From the sequence record DRR723986_4803: a stretch of 64,000 nt of DNA, one strand, 5' to 3'. Shown here piece after piece: positions 60,315 through 64,000 of this stretch. The position numbers and the translations under genes are program-made. Each line of letters opens with the position of its first letter. Position 1 is the first letter of the stretch. The notes under the pieces are model-generated. The model had not been told where the DNA came from. It ran no database searches and was given only the letters and a program-made list of their open reading frames with translations.

Positions 60315-61946
60315 ATGGCAAAATTCCGTATCGGTGTACTCGACCCAATTGCTGAAGAAGGCATTGAACTGCTTACAGCCGAGTCCGATTTTGAGTTTGA
60401 GAAACGCGTTGGTCTCAAGGGTGACGATCTCAAAGCTGCGCTCACCGAGTTCGACGGCGTTATCATTCGGTCTGGAGTCAAGATTACCGCTGAGTCGCTG
60501 GAAGGCAACAAGCGTCTGAAGGCCATTGTTCGCGCGGGCGTCGGAACGGACAACATTGATAAAGAAGCAGCCACTCGGCTGGGCATCGTGGTGATGAATA
60601 CGCCGGCTGGAAATACGCTTTCCACCGCTGAGCACGCGTTTGCCCTGATGATGGCCCTCTCGCGCAACATCGCTCCCGCCTATCAAAGTCTTTGCGGCGG
60701 AAAATGGGACCGGAAGTCCTACATGGGCACTCAGTTGGCGGACAAGACCCTCGGTGTGGTTGGTTTTGGCCGGATCGGTCGCGAAGTCGCCCTGCGTGGA
60801 TTGGCTTTTCGGATGCGAGTCATCGCGTTCGATCCATTTCTAACCGATGAACAAGCAACCAAGCTCGGCGTTCAAAAGGCAGCTACGGTTGCAGAGATGT
60901 TGCCGGAAGTTGATTATCTGAGCGTTCATACGCCGCTGACCAGTGAAACCAAGCACTTGGTTGGCATGGATCAGCTTGAACAGCTCAAGCAGGGCGTTCG
61001 TCTTATCAATTGCGCGCGAGGCGGCATTTACGACGAAGCGGCTTTGGCGGCTGGCTTGGATTCAGGCAAGATCGCTGGTGTGGCGTTGGACGTGTTCGAA
61101 ACAGAGCCCTGCACCGACAGTCCGTTGTTTGGCAAGCCTGGCGTGGTCTGCACGCCACACCTGGGCGCAAGTACCGACGAAGCTCAGACGCAGGTTGCCG
61201 TAGAAGGGATTCACCTGCTGATCAACTTCTTCAAATCTGGTGAGATCCGGCACAGCGTCAATGTCGCCGCACTGGATCCGAAGACACTCGAGTCGGTTCG
61301 CAGCTATTTAGATGTCGCCTATCGATTGGGCCTGTTTGTTAGCCAGTGGCACGGCGGCAGCGTTGCTTCTTGCACATTGAACTATCGTGGGGAAGTCGCT
61401 GGCAAGGATACCAAGCTACTCACAAACGCTTTCTGCGCAGGTCTGCTTGAGCGAGCTCTGGAAGAAGACGTCAACATCATCAATGCAGAAGTCCTGTTGC
61501 GTGAACGCGGCATTGAGCTCAACGAGATCCGTAGCCCTGACAAGGGTGCTTTTAGTTCATCGATCACTGCGGAAGTTAGCGGCGACGACAAAACGATGAA
61601 GGCCGCGGGGACCGTTTTCGGACATGATATGCCTCGACTCGTGATGCTCAACGATCATCGTCTAGAGGCTTACATCGATGGTAACCTACTGATATTCACA
61701 CACCAGGATGTGCCTGGGATTATCGGGAAAGTTGGAACGACATTTGGGGCTCACGGCGTGAATATTGCCCAGATGGCCGTCGGCCGCGCAATCGGAGACG
61801 AAGGCGGGCACGCGGTTGGAGTCTTGAACCTAGACAGTGCTGCCCCGCAATCTGCCATCGATGAATTGTTGGCAATCGATGGAGTTGAATCGGTTCAACC
61901 CATTGAACTGCCGTCGGTTGGCTCACTGCCAACTTGGTTGCAGTAA
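60315..61946 (+). CDS. serA: D-3-phosphoglycerate dehydrogenase (long form with ASB and ACT domains)
   Basis: RAGVGTDNID, GFGRIG, INCARGG, TPHLGAST.EAQ, C-terminal DVPGIIG...NIAQM. Confidence 0.96.
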   Translation: MAKFRIGVLDPIAEEGIELLTAESDFEFEKRVGLKGDDLKAALTEFDGVIIRSGVKITAESLEGNKRLKAIVRAGVGTDNIDKEAATRLGIVVMNTPAGNTLSTAEHAFALMMALSRNIAPAYQSLCGGKWDRKSYMGTQLADKTLGVVGFGRIGREVALRGLAFRMRVIAFDPFLTDEQATKLGVQKAATVAEMLPEVDYLSVHTPLTSETKHLVGMDQLEQLKQGVRLINCARGGIYDEAALAAGLDSGKIAGVALDVFETEPCTDSPLFGKPGVVCTPHLGASTDEAQTQVAVEGIHLLINFFKSGEIRHSVNVAALDPKTLESVRSYLDVAYRLGLFVSQWHGGSVASCTLNYRGEVAGKDTKLLTNAFCAGLLERALEEDVNIINAEVLLRERGIELNEIRSPDKGAFSSSITAEVSGDDKTMKAAGTVFGHDMPRLVMLNDHRLEAYIDGNLLIFTHQDVPGIIGKVGTTFGAHGVNIAQMAVGRAIGDEGGHAVGVLNLDSAAPQSAIDELLAIDGVESVQPIELPSVGSLPTWLQ

Positions 61947-62064
61947 AATCGAAGCAGCGGTGCCCCTTACCGCCGTTGTGGCGCGTTTCATTTGGCGGAT
62001 GATACCAAGAGCTTCTGCTTGTGGTTTAAGCAACTTTAAATTCTGCGATTAGGAGCTTGCTAAG

Positions 62065-63003
62065 GTGAATCACCGACTTGGAATTTGCACGCCACTATCT
62101 ACCGCAATTTTGCTTGCTGGTTATGTCGTTCTTTCGGCAGGGACGCAAGTAACGGCTCAGGAAGAAAGTGTTGTTCTCCCTGGGGCGGAACTGGAATTGG
62201 TCGCCGATGGTTACAAGTTTACAGAAGGCCCTGCGGTCGATTCACAGGGCGTCGTGTACTTTACCGACCAACCCAATGATCGCATCCTCCGCTGCGACCT
62301 CGATGGCAACGTGACGACGTGGATGCAGCCTGCCGGGCGAAGCAACGGATTGTTTTTTGCGCCCGATGGTCAGTTGATTGCCTGTGCCGACGGCAACAAC
62401 GAACTCTGGTCCATTGATCCGAAATCCAAGAAGCAAACTGTCTTGCTCAGCGGCTTCGAAGACAAGCGTTTCAATGGTCCAAATGACGCGTGGGTAAACA
62501 GCGACGGCACCATTTACTTTACGGATCCCTACTACAAGCGACCGTATTGGAAGCACGAAGACGATGCCCCCAAGTTGCCGAGGCAGGTCTACCGATATTC
62601 ACCTCGTGCAAAATCGGTAGTTGTTGCGGCATCGGATTTCAAGCAACCCAACGGAATCGTTGGAGATGCCGAATCGGGATTGATCTATGTCGCCGACATC
62701 GGTGACAAGAAGACGTATCGGTTCAAGCTTTCGGAGGCGGGTAATCTGGAGGACCGGAAGCTGTTCTGCAAAATGGGCTCCGACGGGATGACTTTGGACA
62801 GCGAAGGGAATTTGTATCTTACGGGTAAGGGCGTGACCGTTTTCAACTCTGGCGGGAAGCAGATTGGACAAATCGATGTTCCCGAGGGCTGGACAGCGAA
62901 TGTCTGCATCGGAGGTCCGCAGGCCGATTTCTTGTACATTACAGCCAGCGATTCGCTTTACCGAATTCGTTTGAAGAATTCGGCTGTGGGCGTAGGGAAG
63001 TAG
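62065..63003 (+). CDS. SMP-30/gluconolactonase family protein, exported
   Basis: Signal peptide, FTEGP, SNGL, NGPND, QPNGI, SDGMTLD. Confidence 0.92.
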   Translation: MNHRLGICTPLSTAILLAGYVVLSAGTQVTAQEESVVLPGAELELVADGYKFTEGPAVDSQGVVYFTDQPNDRILRCDLDGNVTTWMQPAGRSNGLFFAPDGQLIACADGNNELWSIDPKSKKQTVLLSGFEDKRFNGPNDAWVNSDGTIYFTDPYYKRPYWKHEDDAPKLPRQVYRYSPRAKSVVVAASDFKQPNGIVGDAESGLIYVADIGDKKTYRFKLSEAGNLEDRKLFCKMGSDGMTLDSEGNLYLTGKGVTVFNSGGKQIGQIDVPEGWTANVCIGGPQADFLYITASDSLYRIRLKNSAVGVGK

Positions 63004-63047
63004 TTGCCAGGCAACGGCAGGCTGGTTGATTCTGTGAGGTAGCAGCC

Positions 63048-64000
63048 GTGGTCCAGACTTATCAGCGATGCGAAGTTTGCAATTGCTATTTGGACCACGA
63101 AGATCTCTTCTGCTCCAACTGCGGTGTCGAGAATCCACACGCTGATCGGCTGCTTCGAGAGCAGTTGGATGTTCAGGCCATAGATTCGCAGGTAACGTTT
63201 GATTGTGAGTCCTGCGGAGCAAGTATGGCTTACGACGCCGAGGTCTCCGCGCTCGCTTGTCCGTATTGTGGAACGCAGGCTGAGATCAAAAAGGAGAAGC
63301 AGCCTGGGCTTGCCGCCCGATGTGTTGCGTTCCAAGTTTCCTCTGAAGAAGCCCAGAGGATATTCGATCGCTGGTTAGGACGCGGATTCTGGCGTCCCAA
63401 CAATCTTCGAAAAGCGGTCCGCATTGGTCAGCAACGCGGCGTGCTGGTTCCCTACTGGGTGTTTTCTGCAAAGACTGACACGCGTTGGACGGCTGATGTG
63501 TCGCCTGCTCCGCCGGGATCACGAGGAGACTGGCAGCCCGCATTCGGGCGTCGATCGAGTAGCTACACAGGCATTCTTGTCGGCGGCAGCAATGTGTTAA
63601 CCGAAGATGAGACCGCAAGTCTGTGTCCGTACGATCTAACCCGTGCTCTGCCACCTGGCGAATCAGGAACTCCTAGTGGTGGCGATTCGCCAGGTGTTCA
63701 TACGCTTGGGGCCAACGCAGGCGAGGGGGTTGTACGGGAGCAATTCCGAGTCGCCAGAAAGATGGCTAGACCCAAGGCACATGCCCATTTTCATCGCCGC
63801 GAACTGACGGCATGCAGGTCAGAGGCCGGCCGCCGCAGCCGGAATGTGCGGATCAACATGGAGATCAACTCAATGCACGGGGAGCCCTGGTTGTTACCGG
63901 TCTGGATCGTGGCGTATCAATACAAGTCGACGACGCACCGTGTGCTGATCAACGGTCAGAGTGGCAAAGTGACGGGCTCGGCACCTTTGTCGGTAATGAA
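63048..64000 (+). CDS. Zinc-ribbon domain protein, paralog of 25264..26349; runs off the window end
   Basis: Not in the ORF track. Manual translation from GTG 63048 (GAGG Shine-Dalgarno) is open to 64000: CEVC..CSNC..CESC..CPYC, GVLVPYWVF, LLPVWIVAYQYK...LINGQSGKVTG. Confidence 0.85.
   Translation, partial: MVQTYQRCEVCNCYLDHEDLFCSNCGVENPHADRLLREQLDVQAIDSQVTFDCESCGASMAYDAEVSALACPYCGTQAEIKKEKQPGLAARCVAFQVSSEEAQRIFDRWLGRGFWRPNNLRKAVRIGQQRGVLVPYWVFSAKTDTRWTADVSPAPPGSRGDWQPAFGRRSSSYTGILVGGSNVLTEDETASLCPYDLTRALPPGESGTPSGGDSPGVHTLGANAGEGVVREQFRVARKMARPKAHAHFHRRELTACRSEAGRRSRNVRINMEINSMHGEPWLLPVWIVAYQYKSTTHRVLINGQSGKVTGSAPLSVM

Noticed and set aside
1-64000. CRISPR arrays, tRNA/rRNA genes, IS elements, frameshifted pseudogenes
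   Set aside because: None seen in the intergenic regions or ORFs examined by eye; a tRNAscan/Rfam run would be needed to exclude small RNAs

Overview
Gene-dense bacterial chromosomal window, almost certainly from a planctomycete (Pirellulales-like). This is inferred from the DUF1559 prepilin-like proteins, CRTAC1/ASPIC-UnbV propellers and M56-DUF1559 fusion. Housekeeping genes: truA, asd, fliG, an RpoD-type sigma factor, aceF/aceE/lpdA, rpsD, typA, serC and serA. I found no tRNA, rRNA, CRISPR array, integrase or transposase. The most interesting parts are envelope-related and uncharacterised. (1) 2.8-8.2 kb: two paralogous exported proteins, a Cys-rich DUF11 lipoprotein, a divergent LolA-like gene and a hairpin-rich spacer. 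(2) 8.3-18.8 kb: a co-oriented cluster of TPR, three FG-GAP/ASPIC beta-propellers, a membrane protein, a DUF1559 pilin-like protein and a lipoprotein, with an internal terminator; it looks like an appendage-building locus. (3) A BlaI repressor with a triple operator-like motif, next to a BlaR1 protease whose sensor domain is DUF1559. (4) A membrane-anchored protein with a toxin-like C-terminus, followed by a small acidic Cys-rich gene. (5) A structured leader upstream of rpsD. (6) An in-frame palindromic insertion in a zinc-ribbon gene. All family calls come from motif recognition by eye; no database searches were run.
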